64,000 nucleotides of DNA, taken from Alphaproteobacteria bacterium. GTDB lineage: Bacteria > Pseudomonadota > Alphaproteobacteria > UBA828. The notes beneath the pieces were generated by a model. That model ran no database searches. It saw nothing but the letters and a program-made list of their open reading frames with translations, and was not told the origin of the DNA. Both the position numbers and the translations under genes were made by a program. Positions 12,838 through 26,322 of this stretch are shown piece by piece; the first letter of the stretch is position 1, and every line of letters begins with the position of its first letter. The stretch is taken from positions 7,995-71,994 of the forward strand of contig SHWC01000003.1 of the NCBI GenBank assembly GCA_009691045.1, written 5' to 3'.

Positions 12838-12847
12838 GGAAACCATC

Positions 12848-14911
12848 ATGCCTAAACTCATCGTCAATGGTGTCGAGGTCGAGGTTCCGCAAGGCTCGAC
12901 CGTCTTGCAGGCTTGCGAGGCGGCCGGCGCCGAGGTGCCGCGCTTTTGTTATCACGACCGGCTTTCGATTGCGGGCAATTGCCGCATGTGCCTGGTCGAG
13001 GTCGAGAAATCACCCAAGCCTGTCGCCTCCTGTGCCATGCCGGCGAATGAGGGCATGGTGGTCAAGACCAACACGCCGCAAGTGCAGAAGGCGCGCGATG
13101 GGGTGATGGAGTTCCTGCTCATCAACCACCCGCTCGATTGCCCGATTTGCGATCAAGGCGGCGAGTGCGATTTGCAGGATCAGGCCATGGCCTATGGCCG
13201 GGGCGGCAGCCGCTATGAGGATGCCAAGCGCGCGGTCAAGGACAAGGATATCGGGCCCTTGGTCAAGACCATCATGACGCGCTGCATCCATTGCACGCGC
13301 TGTATTCGCTTTGGCGAAGAAGTCGCGGGCGTTGAAGTGCTTGGCCTCACGGGGCGCGGCGAGCATATGGAGGTCGGGCCCTATGTCGAGGCGGTGGTCA
13401 ACACCGAGCTCTCCGGCAATATCATCGATCTGTGCCCGGTCGGTGCCCTGACCTCGAAGCCCTATGAATTTCACGCGCGGTCGTGGGAACTGGTTAAGAC
13501 CGAGAGCATCGATGTGCTCGACGCGGTCGGCGCCAATATTCGGATCGATACGCGCGGTGCCGAGGTCATGCGTATTCTGCCGCGCCTCAATGAGGCGGTG
13601 AACGAGGAATGGTTGGCCGACAAATCGCGCTTCGCGTGCGATGGCTTGAAGAAGCGTCGGCTCGATCGTTGCTTCGTGCGGCGCGATGGCAAGCTCGAAC
13701 CCGCGAGTTGGGACGAGGCCTTTGCCGCGATCGCGACACGGTTGCGCGGCGTTCCCGGCAATCGCATCGCGGCGCTCGCGGGTGATTTGGCCGATGCGGA
13801 AGCGATACTGCTCCTGAAGGAGCTAATGGGCGCGCTTGGCTCAACGCATATCGATTGCCGGCAGGATGGCGCCAAGCTCGATGCGTCAAACCGCGCGGGC
13901 TATTTGTTCAATACGACGATCGCTGGCATCGAGCAGGCGGACACCTGCCTCTTGATCGGCACCAATCCGCGCTGGGAAGCGCCGCTGGTCAATGCGCGCC
14001 TCCGCAAACGCTGGCGTCGTGGCGGCTTTGCCATTGGCCTGATCGGCGAGCCGCGCGATCTGACGTACAAATACAATCATCTCGGCGTTGGGCCGCAGGC
14101 CTTGGCCGAGCTTGCGAACGGCCGTCACGCCTTTGCCGAAACGCTGAAGGGCGCCAAAGCGCCGATGCTGATCTTGGGGCAGGGCGCCTTGGTGCGTTCG
14201 GATGGCGGACAAATCCTCGCCGCCGCGCGCCAGATCGCTGGTGATCTCGGCTTCGTGCGCGATGGTTGGAACGGCTTTAACGTGTTGCACAGCGCGGCCG
14301 CACGGGTTGGCGGGCTCGACCTCGGCTTCGTGCCGGGGGCGGATGGGCGCGACGTCGCCGGTATTTTGGAAGGCGCGCAATCGGGCGTGATCGATGTCGT
14401 CTATCTACTCGGTGCCGATGAGATTGACACCAGCCGGTTCGGCAAGGCGTTCGTGATCTATCAAGGGCATCACGGCGATGCAGGGGCCAAGCGCGCCGAT
14501 GTTGTGCTGCCCGGCGCGGCCTATACCGAGAAGGATGCCACCTACGTCAATCTCGAAGGGCGGCCGCAACGCACGCACCGCGCTATTCATCCGCTGGGCG
14601 AAGCGCGCGAGGATTGGAAAATTCTCCGAGCCTTGTCGGAAGCGCTCGGCAAGCAGCTGCCCTATGACACGCTTCAATCTGTGCGCGAGCGGCTCGGCCA
14701 TGTGGCGCCGAGCTTCCGGGCCCTTGGTCGCGTCGAGCCGGCGTCGTTTGGAAATTTCGGCACACCCGGGCCGCTCGGGCCCGAACCCTTTAAGAGCAAC
14801 ATCGCCAATTATTATATGACCGATCCGATCAGCCGGGCCTCGCCGACCATGGCCGAATGCGTCGCGGCCTTTCTGACGCCCGCCCAAGGGAAGACCGGCA
14901 CCCATGGCTGA
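12848..14911 (+). CDS. nuoG: NADH-quinone oxidoreductase subunit G
   Basis: [34 protein letters not shown]. Confidence 0.98.
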   Translation: MPKLIVNGVEVEVPQGSTVLQACEAAGAEVPRFCYHDRLSIAGNCRMCLVEVEKSPKPVASCAMPANEGMVVKTNTPQVQKARDGVMEFLLINHPLDCPICDQGGECDLQDQAMAYGRGGSRYEDAKRAVKDKDIGPLVKTIMTRCIHCTRCIRFGEEVAGVEVLGLTGRGEHMEVGPYVEAVVNTELSGNIIDLCPVGALTSKPYEFHARSWELVKTESIDVLDAVGANIRIDTRGAEVMRILPRLNEAVNEEWLADKSRFACDGLKKRRLDRCFVRRDGKLEPASWDEAFAAIATRLRGVPGNRIAALAGDLADAEAILLLKELMGALGSTHIDCRQDGAKLDASNRAGYLFNTTIAGIEQADTCLLIGTNPRWEAPLVNARLRKRWRRGGFAIGLIGEPRDLTYKYNHLGVGPQALAELANGRHAFAETLKGAKAPMLILGQGALVRSDGGQILAAARQIAGDLGFVRDGWNGFNVLHSAAARVGGLDLGFVPGADGRDVAGILEGAQSGVIDVVYLLGADEIDTSRFGKAFVIYQGHHGDAGAKRADVVLPGAAYTEKDATYVNLEGRPQRTHRAIHPLGEAREDWKILRALSEALGKQLPYDTLQSVRERLGHVAPSFRALGRVEPASFGNFGTPGPLGPEPFKSNIANYYMTDPISRASPTMAECVAAFLTPAQGKTGTHG

Positions 14912-15932
14912 GACCGGCGTCTGGCACAATTATCTGCTGCCACTCCTCCTGACGATCGGCTACACGCTGGCGATCGCCGTGCCGTTGATGATCGGCGTCG
15001 GCGTGCTCACTTATGTCGAGCGAAAAATTTGGGCGGCGATGCAGCTCAGGCGCGGACCGAACGTGGTCGGGCCGTTCGGCCTTCTGCAATTCCTGGCCGA
15101 TGGCATCAAGATGATCTTCAAGGAGACCATCGTGCCGGCGGGCGCCAATCGGGCGCTGTTCATTCTTGCGCCGATCATCACATTTTCGCTCGGCCTGATC
15201 GGCTGGGCGGTCATTCCATTCGACAAGCACTTGGTGCTGGCAGACGTCAATGTCGGGATCCTCTATCTGTTCGCGGTCTCTTCGCTCGGCGTTTACGGCA
15301 TCATCATCGCCGGTTGGGCGAGCAACTCGAAATACGCGTTTTTAGGTGCGATGCGCTCGGCGGCGCAGATGGTCTCCTATGAGGTCTCGATCGGCTTCGT
15401 GATCGTGACCGTGCTGCTTTGCGTCGGCTCGCTTAACCTGAATGACATCGTCGAGGCACAGCGGGGCCTGTGGTTTTTCATTCCGCTGTTCCCGATGTTC
15501 GTCATCTATTTCATTTCGGCCTTGGCCGAGACCAACCGCACGCCGTTCGACTTGCCAGAGGCCGAGGGCGAGCTGGTCGCGGGCTATCAGGTCGAATATT
15601 CGGGCATTAGCTGGGGCCTCTTCATGCTCGGCGAATATGCCAACATCATTTTGCTCTCGGGCCTTTGTGTTGTGCTGTTCCTCGGGGGGTGGTTGCCGCC
15701 CTTCCATGTCGCACCGCTGACCGCGGTGCCGGGCGTGGTGTGGTTCCTGTTGAAAACTGCGGTGGTGATTTTCGCCTTCACCTGGACGCGCGCGACACTG
15801 CCCAGATATCGCTATGACCAATTGATGCGGCTCGGCTGGAAGGTCTTTTTGCCAGCGTCCTTGGGTTATCTCGTGTTGGTCGCGGGCGCGCTTCATCTGT
15901 TCGGCTGGCTGCCCGAAAAGGCAGGCGGCTGA
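14904..15932 (+). CDS. nuoH: NADH-quinone oxidoreductase subunit H
   Basis: [33 protein letters not shown]. Confidence 0.97.
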   Translation: MAETGVWHNYLLPLLLTIGYTLAIAVPLMIGVGVLTYVERKIWAAMQLRRGPNVVGPFGLLQFLADGIKMIFKETIVPAGANRALFILAPIITFSLGLIGWAVIPFDKHLVLADVNVGILYLFAVSSLGVYGIIIAGWASNSKYAFLGAMRSAAQMVSYEVSIGFVIVTVLLCVGSLNLNDIVEAQRGLWFFIPLFPMFVIYFISALAETNRTPFDLPEAEGELVAGYQVEYSGISWGLFMLGEYANIILLSGLCVVLFLGGWLPPFHVAPLTAVPGVVWFLLKTAVVIFAFTWTRATLPRYRYDQLMRLGWKVFLPASLGYLVLVAGALHLFGWLPEKAGG

Positions 15933-16009
15933 TGGGCGGTTGCGTCATGGCACAACCTCGTGATATCGCCGGCGCGCGTGTCGCCGGCGGCGTGGCGTAG
16001 GAGGATCGA

Positions 16010-16498
16010 ATGGCCTTGGTAGATCGGACCTTTCGGTCGCTCTTTCTGACCGAGCTTGCCGTGGGCTTTGCGATCACCTTTCGGCAGATGTTCAAGCCGA
16101 AAGTGACGGTCAATTATCCGCATGAGAAGGGGCCGCTCAGCTCGCGCTTTCGTGGCGAGCACGCGCTCCGCCGCTATGCGAGCGGCGAGGAACGCTGCAT
16201 CGCCTGCAAATTGTGCGAGGCGATTTGCCCGGCGCAGGCGATCACCATCGAGGCGGAGCCGCGCGACGATGGCAGCCGGCGCACGACGCGCTATGACATC
16301 GATATGGTGAAGTGCATCTATTGCGGGTTTTGCCAGGAGGCCTGCCCGGTGGATGCCATTGTCGAGGGGCCGAACTATGAGTTCGCCGCCGAGACGCGCG
16401 AGGAATTGCTTTATAACAAAGACAAATTACTGGCGAACGGCGACCGTTGGGAATGCGAAATCGCGGCCAATTTGTCGACCGACGCCCCCTATCGCTGA
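16010..16498 (+). CDS. nuoI: NADH-quinone oxidoreductase subunit I
   Basis: Two CxxCxxCxxxCP motifs; AGGAGG SD. Confidence 0.97.
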   Translation: MALVDRTFRSLFLTELAVGFAITFRQMFKPKVTVNYPHEKGPLSSRFRGEHALRRYASGEERCIACKLCEAICPAQAITIEAEPRDDGSRRTTRYDIDMVKCIYCGFCQEACPVDAIVEGPNYEFAAETREELLYNKDKLLANGDRWECEIAANLSTDAPYR

Positions 16499-16522
16499 GC
16501 CGGTGGAGCGCGCGTTTCCTCG

Positions 16523-17152
16523 ATGATCATCCAGACCATCGTCTTCTACGTTCTCGCGGCGGCGACCATCGGCGCCGGCATGGCGGTGATTGCCTCACGC
16601 AATCCCGTGCACTCGGTGCTGTTTTTGATTTTGGCTTTCTTCAGCGCGGCGGGTTTGTTCGTGCTGATGGGGGCCGAGTTCGTCGCGATGATTTTGGTCA
16701 TCGTCTATGTCGGCGCGGTCGCGGTGCTGTTCCTCTTTGTCGTGATGATGCTCGACATCGACTTTGCCGCCCTTAGAGCGGGCTTCATGCAATATATGCC
16801 GATCGGCGCAGTGATCGGCGCGATCCTGTTGGCGGAGCTGATCCTCGTCTTCGCCTCCGGCGCGGTAAACATCAAGAAGCCAGGCTCGGTCGCGATGCCA
16901 TTGCCTGATCCTGCCCAGACCGCCAACACCGAGGCGCTCGGCAATATTCTCTATACGCACTATGGCTATTTGTTCCAGATCGCGGGCCTGATCCTCTTGG
17001 TCGCGATGGTGGGGGCCATTGTGTTGACGCATCGTGCGCGCACCGGCGTTCGACGCCAGGTGATCGCCGATCAGGTGGCGCGCCGGCCGAAGGACGTGGT
17101 GCGGTTGACCGACGTGAAGCCGGGGGAGGGCGCCTCGTGGAAATCGGACTGA
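16523..17152 (+). CDS. nuoJ: NADH-quinone oxidoreductase subunit J
   Basis: [24 protein letters not shown]. Confidence 0.96.
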   Translation: MIIQTIVFYVLAAATIGAGMAVIASRNPVHSVLFLILAFFSAAGLFVLMGAEFVAMILVIVYVGAVAVLFLFVVMMLDIDFAALRAGFMQYMPIGAVIGAILLAELILVFASGAVNIKKPGSVAMPLPDPAQTANTEALGNILYTHYGYLFQIAGLILLVAMVGAIVLTHRARTGVRRQVIADQVARRPKDVVRLTDVKPGEGASWKSD

Positions 17153-17445
17153 CTCATTATCTGACCGTCGCGGCGATTCTATTCACGCTCGGCGTGTTTG
17201 GCATCTTCCTCAACCGCAAGAACGTGATCGTCATCTTGATGGCGATCGAGCTGATGCTGCTCGCGGTTAACATCAATCTGGTCGCGTTTTCGTCCTATTT
17301 GGGCGACATGACCGGCCAGGCCTTTGCCATGTTCGTGCTCACCGTCGCGGCGGCGGAAGCCGCCATCGGGCTCGCCATTCTTGTGGTCTATTTCCGCAAT
17401 CGCGGTTCAATAGCGGTTGAAGACGTCAACATGATGAAAGGCTGA
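17137..17445 (+). CDS. nuoK: NADH-quinone oxidoreductase subunit K
   Basis: [20 protein letters not shown]. Confidence 0.96.
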   Translation: MEIGLTHYLTVAAILFTLGVFGIFLNRKNVIVILMAIELMLLAVNINLVAFSSYLGDMTGQAFAMFVLTVAAAEAAIGLAILVVYFRNRGSIAVEDVNMMKG

Positions 17446-17451
17446 AGGCGC

Positions 17452-19383
17452 GTGGGTCTCGTAGTCGCCGCTGTATTTTTGCCGCTGATCGGCGCGGCGA
17501 TCGCGGGCCTGTTCGGCCGCGTGCTCGGCCAGCGCGTGGCGCCGCTCGTGACCGTTGTCGCGATGGGGCTTTCCGCCACTTTTAGCGTGCTCACCTTCGT
17601 CGCCGTCACGCTCTATGGCAATACGGGCAAGGTCGAGCTCTTCGATTGGATCGGGTCAGGCACGTTCCAGGCCTCGTGGGCGTTTCGCTTCGATGAGCTG
17701 ACTGGCGTGATGATGTTCGTGGTCACGGTGGTTTCGTTCCTGGTCCACGTCTATTCGATCGGCTATATGGCGCACGATGCGCACAAGCCGCGCTTCTTCG
17801 CCTATCTCTCGCTCTTCACGTTTTTCATGATGGCGCTGATTACGGCGGACAATCTGCTGCAGCTCTATTTCGGCTGGGAGGGTGTTGGCCTCGCGTCCTA
17901 TTTGCTGATCGGCTTCTGGTACAAGCGGCCGAGCGCGAATGCCGCTGCGATCAAGGCGTTTGTCGTCAACCGGGTGGGCGATTTCGGCTTCGGCCTTGGC
18001 ATTCTGGCCATCTATCTGACCTTCGGCAGCATCGAGTACGACGTGGTCTTCGCCAAGGCGCCCGAGATGGTGGGCAAGACCTTCTATTTCCTGTTCGGCG
18101 AAATAGATATTCTCGAAGTCTCGTGCATCCTGTTGTTCATCGGCGCGATGGGCAAATCCGCCCAGTTTCTGCTGCACACTTGGTTGCCCGATGCAATGGA
18201 GGGCCCGACCCCGGTCTCCGCCCTCATCCATGCCGCGACCATGGTCACGGCCGGCGTCTTTATGGTGGCGCGGTTCTCGCCGGTGTTCGAATACGCGCCG
18301 ACCGCGCTTTCGGTGGTGACATTCTTCGGCGCAACCACGGCAATCTTCGCCGCGACCATTGCGCTGACCCAGAACGACATCAAGCGCGTGATCGCCTATT
18401 CAACCTGTAGTCAGCTCGGCTACATGTTCTTCGCCTGCGGCGTTTCGGCCTATCAGGCTGGTATCTTCCATTTGACCACGCACGCCTTCTTCAAGGCGCT
18501 GCTGTTCCTAGGCGCTGGTTCGGTGATCCACGCCATGTCGGACGAGCAGGACATGCGCCGCATGGGCGGGATTTGGAAGCTGATCCCGCTGACCTATGCG
18601 CTGATGTGGATCGGCAATTTGGCGCTCGCGGGCCTGCCTTTTTTCTCGGGCTTCTTCTCGAAAGACATGATCTTGGAATCCGCGTTTGCGGCTCATACGG
18701 GGCTTGGCGAATATGCCTTCTGGCTCGGCATTATCGCTGCGGGGTTGACTGCGCTCTATTCATGGCGGCTCTTGATCATGACCTTCCATGGCAAACCGCG
18801 CGCCGATCATCACACCATGGAACATGTCCATGAATCGCCCTGGGTGATGACCGTGCCGCTGATGTTGCTCGCGGCTGGCGCCATCGTTTCCGGTTATTTG
18901 CTGTTGCCGATGATCGGCGAACATGGCGGTCTGTTCGGCAATTCAATCCTCGTTCTCGAGCACAACAACGCGCTCGAGGCCGCGCACCACTCGCCCTTCT
19001 GGGTCAAGGCGCTGCCAACCATGATGGCGGTGCTTGGCATTGCGGCCGCCTATTTCCTCTATATGGCGCGGCCCGATTTGCCGGCGAAAATCGCAAAGGC
19101 AATCAGGCCGCTTTACCTGTTCTCCTACAACAAATGGTATTTCGACGAACTCTATGACTTTTTGTTCGTCGGGCCCGCCAAATACCTCGGCTACAGCCTG
19201 TGGAAGCGCGGCGATGGCGGTCTGATCGATGGCATCGGCCCCGATGGCATTGCAGGCGCGGCCAAGGCCATCGCGCTGCGCGCCGTCAGGCTGCAGACCG
19301 GCTATCTCTACCACTATGCGTTCGCGATGCTGGTTGGGGTGGCGTTGATCGTCACCTGGTTCCTCTTCGCGAGCAGCCCGTGA
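17452..19383 (+). CDS. nuoL: NADH-quinone oxidoreductase subunit L
   Basis: [36 protein letters not shown]. Confidence 0.97.
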   Translation: MGLVVAAVFLPLIGAAIAGLFGRVLGQRVAPLVTVVAMGLSATFSVLTFVAVTLYGNTGKVELFDWIGSGTFQASWAFRFDELTGVMMFVVTVVSFLVHVYSIGYMAHDAHKPRFFAYLSLFTFFMMALITADNLLQLYFGWEGVGLASYLLIGFWYKRPSANAAAIKAFVVNRVGDFGFGLGILAIYLTFGSIEYDVVFAKAPEMVGKTFYFLFGEIDILEVSCILLFIGAMGKSAQFLLHTWLPDAMEGPTPVSALIHAATMVTAGVFMVARFSPVFEYAPTALSVVTFFGATTAIFAATIALTQNDIKRVIAYSTCSQLGYMFFACGVSAYQAGIFHLTTHAFFKALLFLGAGSVIHAMSDEQDMRRMGGIWKLIPLTYALMWIGNLALAGLPFFSGFFSKDMILESAFAAHTGLGEYAFWLGIIAAGLTALYSWRLLIMTFHGKPRADHHTMEHVHESPWVMTVPLMLLAAGAIVSGYLLLPMIGEHGGLFGNSILVLEHNNALEAAHHSPFWVKALPTMMAVLGIAAAYFLYMARPDLPAKIAKAIRPLYLFSYNKWYFDELYDFLFVGPAKYLGYSLWKRGDGGLIDGIGPDGIAGAAKAIALRAVRLQTGYLYHYAFAMLVGVALIVTWFLFASSP

Positions 19384-19390
19384 GGCGTCG

Positions 19391-20932
19391 ATGAGCGGCT
19401 GGCCCATTCTTTCGACGATCACGTTTCTGCCGCTGCTCGGCGTCGCCTTCCTGTTGTTGGTCAGGGGCGATGCGGCGACGGTCGCACGCAATTCGCGCCT
19501 CGTCGCGTTGTGGACCTCGATCGTCACCTTCGCGCTGGCGTTGGTGCTGATCGGCTCGTTCGATATTTCGAACCCGGGCTATCAATTCGTCGAGAACGTG
19601 CCGTGGCTGCCTGAATTCGGCATTTCCTATCATCTGGGCGTTGACGGCATTTCGCTCTTCTTCGTGGCGCTGACGACCTTTTTGACGCCGATCTGCATCA
19701 TCGCCAGTTGGGAATCGATCCAGAACCGCGTGCGCGAATATATGGTCGCGTTCCTTGTGATGCAGGTGCTGGTCGTCGGCGTCTTCTGTGCGCTCGATTT
19801 TGTGATGTTCTATATCTTCTTCGAGGGTCAGCTCATTCCGATGTTTTTGATCATCGGGGTGTGGGGCGGCGAGCGGCGGGTCTATTCCGCCTTCAAATTC
19901 TTCCTCTATACGCTGGTCGGCTCGGTCCTCTTCCTGATCGCCATTCTTTATATGTACCTGCAAGTCGGCACGACGGACATCCCGACCATCACCGCGCATG
20001 AGTTCACGCGCGAAACGCAGATTTGGCTGTGGCTCGCGCTTTTCGCGTCCTTCGCGGTCAAAATGCCGATGTGGCCGTTCCACACCTGGTTGCCGGATGC
20101 GCATGTCGAGGCGCCGACGGCAGGTTCGGTCATCCTCGCCGGCATTTTGCTAAAAATGGGCGGGTACGGCTTTATCCGTTTCTCCTTGCCCATGTTGCCC
20201 GAGGCGAGCGATTTCTTCACGCCCTTCATGTTCACGCTCAGCGTGGTTGCGATCATTTATACCTCCCTGGTCGCGTTGATGCAGGAGGACATGAAAAAGC
20301 TGATCGCCTATTCCTCGGTCGCGCATATGGGCATCGTGACGCTCGGCATCTTTACCTTCACGCAACAGGGCATCGAGGGCGGCATATTCCAGATGCTCTC
20401 GCACGGCATTATTTCGGCCGCGCTGTTCCTTTGCGTCGGCGTCGTTTACGACCGGGTGCATACGCGCCAGATCGCGGCCTATGGCGGGTTGGTGCATCGC
20501 ATGCCGATTTATGCCGTGGTCTTCTTGGTGTTCACGCTGGCCTCGGTCGGTCTGCCCAGCACGAGCGGCTTTGTCGGCGAGTTCCTGGCCATGGTCGGCG
20601 CCTTTACGGCGAACACGTGGGTCGCGACAACCGCCATGATCGGCATCATCCTCGGCGCTGCCTATATGCTGTGGCTCTACCGGCGCGTCATTTTCGGCGA
20701 GTTGACCAAGGAGAATCTGAAGTCGATCACCGATCTCAATTGGCGCGAGATCGGCGTGTTCGCGCCCCTGATCGCGCTTGCCCTGTTTCTCGGCATTTAT
20801 CCGAAGCCGGTGCTCGACGTGCTCCATGCCTCGGCCGCGCATTTGATGACGCAGACCCAGCTTGCCCGCGTGGTTTCGCCCGAGGCGCTCGAATTGGCCG
20901 GGCAAGTGCCTAAAATCGCTGCGACGCGGTGA
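19391..20932 (+). CDS. nuoM: NADH-quinone oxidoreductase subunit M
   Basis: [23 protein letters not shown]. Confidence 0.97.
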   Translation: MSGWPILSTITFLPLLGVAFLLLVRGDAATVARNSRLVALWTSIVTFALALVLIGSFDISNPGYQFVENVPWLPEFGISYHLGVDGISLFFVALTTFLTPICIIASWESIQNRVREYMVAFLVMQVLVVGVFCALDFVMFYIFFEGQLIPMFLIIGVWGGERRVYSAFKFFLYTLVGSVLFLIAILYMYLQVGTTDIPTITAHEFTRETQIWLWLALFASFAVKMPMWPFHTWLPDAHVEAPTAGSVILAGILLKMGGYGFIRFSLPMLPEASDFFTPFMFTLSVVAIIYTSLVALMQEDMKKLIAYSSVAHMGIVTLGIFTFTQQGIEGGIFQMLSHGIISAALFLCVGVVYDRVHTRQIAAYGGLVHRMPIYAVVFLVFTLASVGLPSTSGFVGEFLAMVGAFTANTWVATTAMIGIILGAAYMLWLYRRVIFGELTKENLKSITDLNWREIGVFAPLIALALFLGIYPKPVLDVLHASAAHLMTQTQLARVVSPEALELAGQVPKIAATR

Positions 20933-20942
20933 GGCGCCCGAG

Positions 20943-22397
20943 ATGACAGCCTTCGTCGCGCCGAATTACCTCGTTGCCCTGCCAGAAATCTTACTGGCGG
21001 GTGTTGCGTGCGTGTTCCTGCTGATCGGCGTCTTTACCGGCAATCGCTCGACCACGCCGCTGACCTACGCCGCGATCGGCGCCATGCTGATCGCCTTCGC
21101 GCTGGTGCTTGGTTTCAATGGCACGCGTGAGACCAGTTTCGGCGGCATGTTCATTACCGATCATTTCACCACTTTCATGAAATCCGTGGTGCTGATCGGC
21201 GCTGCGGGCACGCTTGTGCTGGGGATTGGCTATGTCCAGCGCGAGCAGATGAACCGCTTCGAGTTTCCGATCCTCATTCTGTTCGCGACGCTCGGCATGA
21301 TGCTGATGATTTCGGCCAATGATCTCATGGCGCTCTATGTCGGGATCGAATTGCAAAGCTTGTCGCTTTATATCGTGGCGGCGTTTCGGCGCGATTCGGT
21401 GCGCTCGACCGAGGCGGGCCTGAAATATTTCGTGCTCGGCGCCTTGTCGTCGGGCTTGCTGCTTTATGGCGCGTCGATGGTCTATGGCTTTACCGGCGCG
21501 ACCGGGTTCGACGCCATCGCCGGCGGGATCAAGGCCTATGGCGCGGGCGATTTGCCGATCGGTGTGCTGATCGGGCTCGTGTTCATTGCGGCGGCGCTGG
21601 CCTTCAAGGTGTCCGCCGTGCCGTTCCATATGTGGACGCCGGATGTCTACGAAGGCGCGCCGACACCGGTTACTGCGTTCTTCTCCGCCGCGCCCAAGAT
21701 CGCCGCGATCGCGCTTCTCTTGCGTGTTTTCCTTGGGCCGTTCGCCGAGCTCGCCTCAAGCTGGAATCAGATCATTCTCCTGATCTCGATTGCCTCGATG
21801 GCCTTTGCCGCCTTCGCCGCGATTGGTCAGCGCAATATCAAGCGACTGCTCGCCTATAGCTCGATCGGCCATGTCGGTTATGCCCTGGTCGGTCTTGCCA
21901 CCGCGACCGAAGAGGGCGTGCGCGGTGTGCTCATCTATATGGCGATCTACATGGTGATGACGGTTGGCACGTTCGGTGCCGTGCTCGCGATGCGCCAAAA
22001 GGGCCAGATGGTGGAGGAGATCGCTGACCTCGCCGGCCTTTCGAAGACCAATCCGGCGCTGGCGGCGGTGCTCGGGATCTTCATGTTTTCGATGGCCGGG
22101 ATTCCGCCCTTCGCGGGCTTTTTCGGCAAGCTTTACGTCTTCATGCCAGCGGTTGAGGCCGGGCTCTATGGCCTTGCGATCGCCGGTGTGTTGGCAAGCG
22201 TGGTCGGTGCCTATTATTATATTCGCATCGTGAAGATCATGTATTTCGACGAGCCGGCAGAAGCGCTTGATCGACCGATCGGCCGCGAGATTTTAGGGGT
22301 GCTGGTGGTCACCGGGATCATTACGACGCTCTTTTTTGCCTATCCACAGCCGATCCTATCGGGTGCCAAGGCCGCGGCCGCGGCGCTCTTCCCGTGA
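20943..22397 (+). CDS. nuoN: NADH-quinone oxidoreductase subunit N
   Basis: EAGLKYF, PFHMWTPDVYEGAPTP, LLAYSSIGH. Confidence 0.97.
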   Translation: MTAFVAPNYLVALPEILLAGVACVFLLIGVFTGNRSTTPLTYAAIGAMLIAFALVLGFNGTRETSFGGMFITDHFTTFMKSVVLIGAAGTLVLGIGYVQREQMNRFEFPILILFATLGMMLMISANDLMALYVGIELQSLSLYIVAAFRRDSVRSTEAGLKYFVLGALSSGLLLYGASMVYGFTGATGFDAIAGGIKAYGAGDLPIGVLIGLVFIAAALAFKVSAVPFHMWTPDVYEGAPTPVTAFFSAAPKIAAIALLLRVFLGPFAELASSWNQIILLISIASMAFAAFAAIGQRNIKRLLAYSSIGHVGYALVGLATATEEGVRGVLIYMAIYMVMTVGTFGAVLAMRQKGQMVEEIADLAGLSKTNPALAAVLGIFMFSMAGIPPFAGFFGKLYVFMPAVEAGLYGLAIAGVLASVVGAYYYIRIVKIMYFDEPAEALDRPIGREILGVLVVTGIITTLFFAYPQPILSGAKAAAAALFP

Positions 22398-23206
22398 CGG
22401 GCACGGGGGAACGCGCGCGCCCTCTCCAATCAAGCGCTGGCACGGACGTGCGCTTCCATGTGGTTCATTTCGACGAGATTGGCAGCACCAACGAGGAAGC
22501 CAAAAGTCGGGCAATCGCGGGTGAGCCGGAATTCACGGTCGTCGTGGCGGATATTCAAACGGCAGGGCGCGGTCGTCGCGGTCGTCTTTGGGAATCGCCC
22601 AAGGGCAATCTCTATAGTTCCGTCATTCTGAGGCCGGACGTTGCGCCGATCGTGGGGGCCCAGATTTCATTCGTCGCGTCCCTTGCGGTATCGGATGTCG
22701 CACGCGCACTCGTGCAGCCGGCGGCGCAGGTGGCCTGCAAATGGCCGAACGACGTGTTGATCAACGGGCGGAAAATGGCCGGTATCTTGCTTGAATCCGC
22801 GGCCACCAGCGGGGTGCTCGACTGGCTCGTATTGGGCGTGGGCATCAATCTGAAGCATCATCCCAATGTCGGTGGGACCTTTCCATCGACGTGCCTTAGG
22901 GATGAAAGTCCGCGTATGCCGGATATCGAGCAGGTTGCCGCGCTTTATTTCGACGCGCTCGCCTCGTGGTATGGCCGCTGGCGGCATGATGGCTTCATGC
23001 CGATCCGTGCCGCGTGGCTGGCGCGCTCGCTCGGTTTGGGTGCGCCGGTTACGGTGAGGCTTGAGCGCGAGCCGCTTGAGGGGCGCTTCGTTGACCTTGA
23101 CGAGAGCGGCGCGCTTATACTCGAGCTTGCCTCGGGAACGCGACGGCTGATCGCGGCGGGCGAGGTTTTTTTTGGCGCGGGTGAGAGCCATGTTACTCGC
23201 CATTGA
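22394..23206 (+). CDS. birA: Biotin-[acetyl-CoA carboxylase] ligase (no HTH domain)
   Basis: [27 protein letters not shown]. Confidence 0.95.
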   Translation: MTGTGERARPLQSSAGTDVRFHVVHFDEIGSTNEEAKSRAIAGEPEFTVVVADIQTAGRGRRGRLWESPKGNLYSSVILRPDVAPIVGAQISFVASLAVSDVARALVQPAAQVACKWPNDVLINGRKMAGILLESAATSGVLDWLVLGVGINLKHHPNVGGTFPSTCLRDESPRMPDIEQVAALYFDALASWYGRWRHDGFMPIRAAWLARSLGLGAPVTVRLEREPLEGRFVDLDESGALILELASGTRRLIAAGEVFFGAGESHVTRH

Positions 23207-23969
23207 TGTCGGCAATACAAACACGGTTTTCGCGGTGTTCGACGGCGAGCGCTTGCGCGGCCAATGGCGGGCCGCGACCGAGGCGCGCCGCACGGCCGAT
23301 GAATATGCGGTGTGGCTCGATCAATTGCTTCGCCGTGAGGCGCTCTCGCTTGAATCGATCGATGAGGCGATTGTGGCCTCGGTCGTGCCGCAAAGCCTGT
23401 TCGCGCTTCGGTATTTGTGCGAGCGCTATTGCCGGTGCGAGCCCAAAGTGGTGGGTGAGGCGGGTGTCGAGCTTGGTCTCAACATCAACGTGGACCGACC
23501 GGGCGAGGTGGGCGCCGATCGATTGGTGAATGCGGTCGCGGCGCATAAACGCTATAAGGGTGCCTTGATCATCCTCGATTTCGGCACGGCCACAACATTC
23601 GACGCGGTATCCGCTTCGGGCGATTATGAGGGGGGCGTGATCGCGCCGGGCATCAACCTTTCGCTTGAGGCCTTGCACCGGGCGGCCGCGCAATTGCCGC
23701 GGATTGCCGTGGCGCCGCCGGCCACCGTCATTGGCAAGTCGACCGTGCCGGCCATGCAGTCGGGCATTTATTGGGGCTATGTGGGCCTGATCGAGGGTAT
23801 TGTCAGCCGCATGAAGGCAGAGCTCGGCACCGCGTCAACCACGGTGGCGACCGGCGGGCTCGCGCCGCTTTTCGCCCATGGCACCAAGGCGATCGATAAG
23901 GTCGACCCCGACCTTACGATCATGGGGCTCTATGAAATCCACCGGCGCAATGCGGTTCGACGGTCATGA
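23190..23969 (+). CDS. coaX: Type III pantothenate kinase
   Basis: [26 protein letters not shown]. Confidence 0.95.
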   Translation: MLLAIDVGNTNTVFAVFDGERLRGQWRAATEARRTADEYAVWLDQLLRREALSLESIDEAIVASVVPQSLFALRYLCERYCRCEPKVVGEAGVELGLNINVDRPGEVGADRLVNAVAAHKRYKGALIILDFGTATTFDAVSASGDYEGGVIAPGINLSLEALHRAAAQLPRIAVAPPATVIGKSTVPAMQSGIYWGYVGLIEGIVSRMKAELGTASTTVATGGLAPLFAHGTKAIDKVDPDLTIMGLYEIHRRNAVRRS

Positions 23970-25633
23970 GCGAGTCAGTTCGGATCGAACGCAACGCGCT
24001 TCATTTCTTGCCGCTCGGCGGATCGGGCGAGATTGGGATGAACCTCAACCTCTATGCCTGCCGTGGTAAGTGGTTGATGGTTGATCTCGGCATTACGTTC
24101 GCGGGCGATACCGTGCCCGGTGTCGACGTTTTGATGCCCGACCCAAGCTATATCGAGGAGCGGCGCGACGATCTGCTCGCCATCGTGTTGACCCACGCGC
24201 ACGAGGATCATCTGGGTGCGGTCGCCTATTTATGGCCGCGTTTGCGTTGCCCGGTTTATGCCACCCCGTTCACCGCGGCCGTGCTGCGCGACAAGTTGAA
24301 CGAGGCGGGCCTCTTGGGTGAGGTCGAGCTGATCGAAATGCCGCTCTCGGGGCGGTTTACCATCGGCCCGTTCGATCTCGAATACATCACGCTGACCCAT
24401 TCGATCCCAGAGCCGAATGCGCTCGTCATCCGCACCGATTATGGCACGCTCCTTCACACGGGGGATTGGAAGATCGATCCCGAGCCGATGATCGGCGAGC
24501 CGACCGACCGTGCCGCGCTCGAACAGCTCGGCAATGGCGAGGTGCTCGCCATGATTTGCGATTCAACCAACGCGCTGTCACCCGGTCGTTCGGGCTCGGA
24601 GGGTGACGTCAGACGCAAACTGATCGAGATGGTGGGCGAGGCCGAGGCTGGCCTCGCGGTGACGCTGTTCGCCTCCAACGTGGCGCGATTGGCGAGCGTG
24701 GCCGTCGCCGCGCTCGAAAACGGGCGTGAGCCGGTGTTGGTTGGTCGTTCGCTTTGGCGCTATGTGAAGGCGGCGCGCTCGGTCGGGTATCTGGGCGAAG
24801 AGATCAGATTTCTGAACGAGGATGAAGGCGCGGCGCTCGAGCCGAGCCAGGCGCTCTATCTCTGCACCGGTTGCCAGGGCGAGCCGCGGGCCGCGATGGC
24901 GCGCATCGCGGGCGATTCACATCCGCGTATCAAGCTTCGCCAGGGCGATCGGGTGATCTTTTCCTCGAAAATCATTCCGGGCAATGAACTGGCGATCGGG
25001 CGCATGCACAACCGGCTCGCCATCCACGGCATCGAGGTGTTGACCGAACGCGATCATGACGTGCATGTCTCGGGCCATCCGTGTCAGGACGAGCTAAGCG
25101 ATATGTATCGCTGGGTGCGCCCGCGGATCTCGATCCCGGTTCATGGCGAGTTCCGCCATATGTTCGAGCACGCCGCGCTCGCGCGCAGCCTTCAAGTGCC
25201 CGAGACGATCAATGTGGTGAACGGCCAGGTGGTTAGGCTCGCGCCGGGGCCGGCGGGGATTATCGGCACCGTGCCCACGGGGCGGCTCGCGGTCGATGGC
25301 TCGCAGCTTTTGCGGCTCGATCACGAGACCTTGCGGGCGCGGCGGCGCTTGAAAGACAATGGCGCTGTTTTCGTTTCGCTCGTGCTCGATGGACGGGGCG
25401 CGCTGTTGACCGAACCGAGAGTGTCGAGCCATGGCGTCGCGGCCGAGGAAGATACCGACCCCGAACACCAGGAAATCGCTGACGCGGTCGAAAGCGCGGT
25501 CGACAAGCTCGACAAAAAGGAACGGCGCGATTTAGAGATTGTACGCGAGGCGGCGAGGCTGGCCGTGCGGCGCAAGGTCTTGGCGCGTCGGGGCAAGCGT
25601 CCGGTGATCGACGTCTTGATCTCCCGAGTGTAG
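23966..25633 (+). CDS. rnj: Ribonuclease J
   Basis: [34 protein letters not shown]. Confidence 0.95.
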   Translation: MSESVRIERNALHFLPLGGSGEIGMNLNLYACRGKWLMVDLGITFAGDTVPGVDVLMPDPSYIEERRDDLLAIVLTHAHEDHLGAVAYLWPRLRCPVYATPFTAAVLRDKLNEAGLLGEVELIEMPLSGRFTIGPFDLEYITLTHSIPEPNALVIRTDYGTLLHTGDWKIDPEPMIGEPTDRAALEQLGNGEVLAMICDSTNALSPGRSGSEGDVRRKLIEMVGEAEAGLAVTLFASNVARLASVAVAALENGREPVLVGRSLWRYVKAARSVGYLGEEIRFLNEDEGAALEPSQALYLCTGCQGEPRAAMARIAGDSHPRIKLRQGDRVIFSSKIIPGNELAIGRMHNRLAIHGIEVLTERDHDVHVSGHPCQDELSDMYRWVRPRISIPVHGEFRHMFEHAALARSLQVPETINVVNGQVVRLAPGPAGIIGTVPTGRLAVDGSQLLRLDHETLRARRRLKDNGAVFVSLVLDGRGALLTEPRVSSHGVAAEEDTDPEHQEIADAVESAVDKLDKKERRDLEIVREAARLAVRRKVLARRGKRPVIDVLISRV

Positions 25634-25663
25634 GAATCGGCGCTCAACCATGAGCCCCATACG

Positions 25664-26068
25664 ATGATCGGACGGTTGAATCACATCGCCATCGCCGTGC
25701 CAGACCTCAAGGCCGGGGCTACGGTTTATCGCGACACCTTGGGGGCTAAGGTCTCGGCGCCGCTCGATTTGCCCGAGCATGGCGTGACGACCGTGTTCGT
25801 CGAATTGCCCAATGCCAAAATCGAACTCATTCACCCGCTGGGTGACAAGTCCCCCATTGCGAGCTTTCTTGAGCGCAACCCGGCTGGCGGTATTCATCAT
25901 GTCTGCTATGAGGTGGATGACATTCGCGCGGCGCGCGATCGGCTCAAGGCGGCGGGCGCGCGCGTGCTGGGCGACGGCGAACCTAAAGTCGGTGCTCATG
26001 GCAAACCGGTGCTCTTTTTGCACCCCAAGGATTTCCTCGGCACGCTGATCGAAATAGAGGAACGCTGA
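25664..26068 (+). CDS. mce: Methylmalonyl-CoA epimerase
   Basis: LNHIAIAV, GIHHVCYEV, GAHGKPVLFLHPKD. Confidence 0.93.
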   Translation: MIGRLNHIAIAVPDLKAGATVYRDTLGAKVSAPLDLPEHGVTTVFVELPNAKIELIHPLGDKSPIASFLERNPAGGIHHVCYEVDDIRAARDRLKAAGARVLGDGEPKVGAHGKPVLFLHPKDFLGTLIEIEER

Positions 26069-26070
26069 GC

Positions 26071-26313
26071 ATGGGCCCAACCGCGATCGCGCTTGTGTTC
26101 ATCATCATCTGGTGGCTGATCTGGTTCATGGCCTTGCCGATTGGCGTCAAGCCGCCGGCCAAGGTCGAACCCGGCCATGCCACGAGCGCACCCGACAAGC
26201 CGATGCTCGGCAGGAAAGCCCTGATCACGACCGCGATCACCATCGTGATCGTCGGCATCATTGTCTGTGTTGTCGAGGTGGGTTGGCTTTCGCTTGCGGA
26301 TTTCGGTGAGTAG
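26071..26313 (+). CDS. Small membrane protein, DUF1467-like
   Basis: IIIWW..LPIG..GHATSAP..K; usual position after mce. Confidence 0.75.
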   Translation: MGPTAIALVFIIIWWLIWFMALPIGVKPPAKVEPGHATSAPDKPMLGRKALITTAITIVIVGIIVCVVEVGWLSLADFGE

Positions 26314-26322
26314 GGCGGGGCG

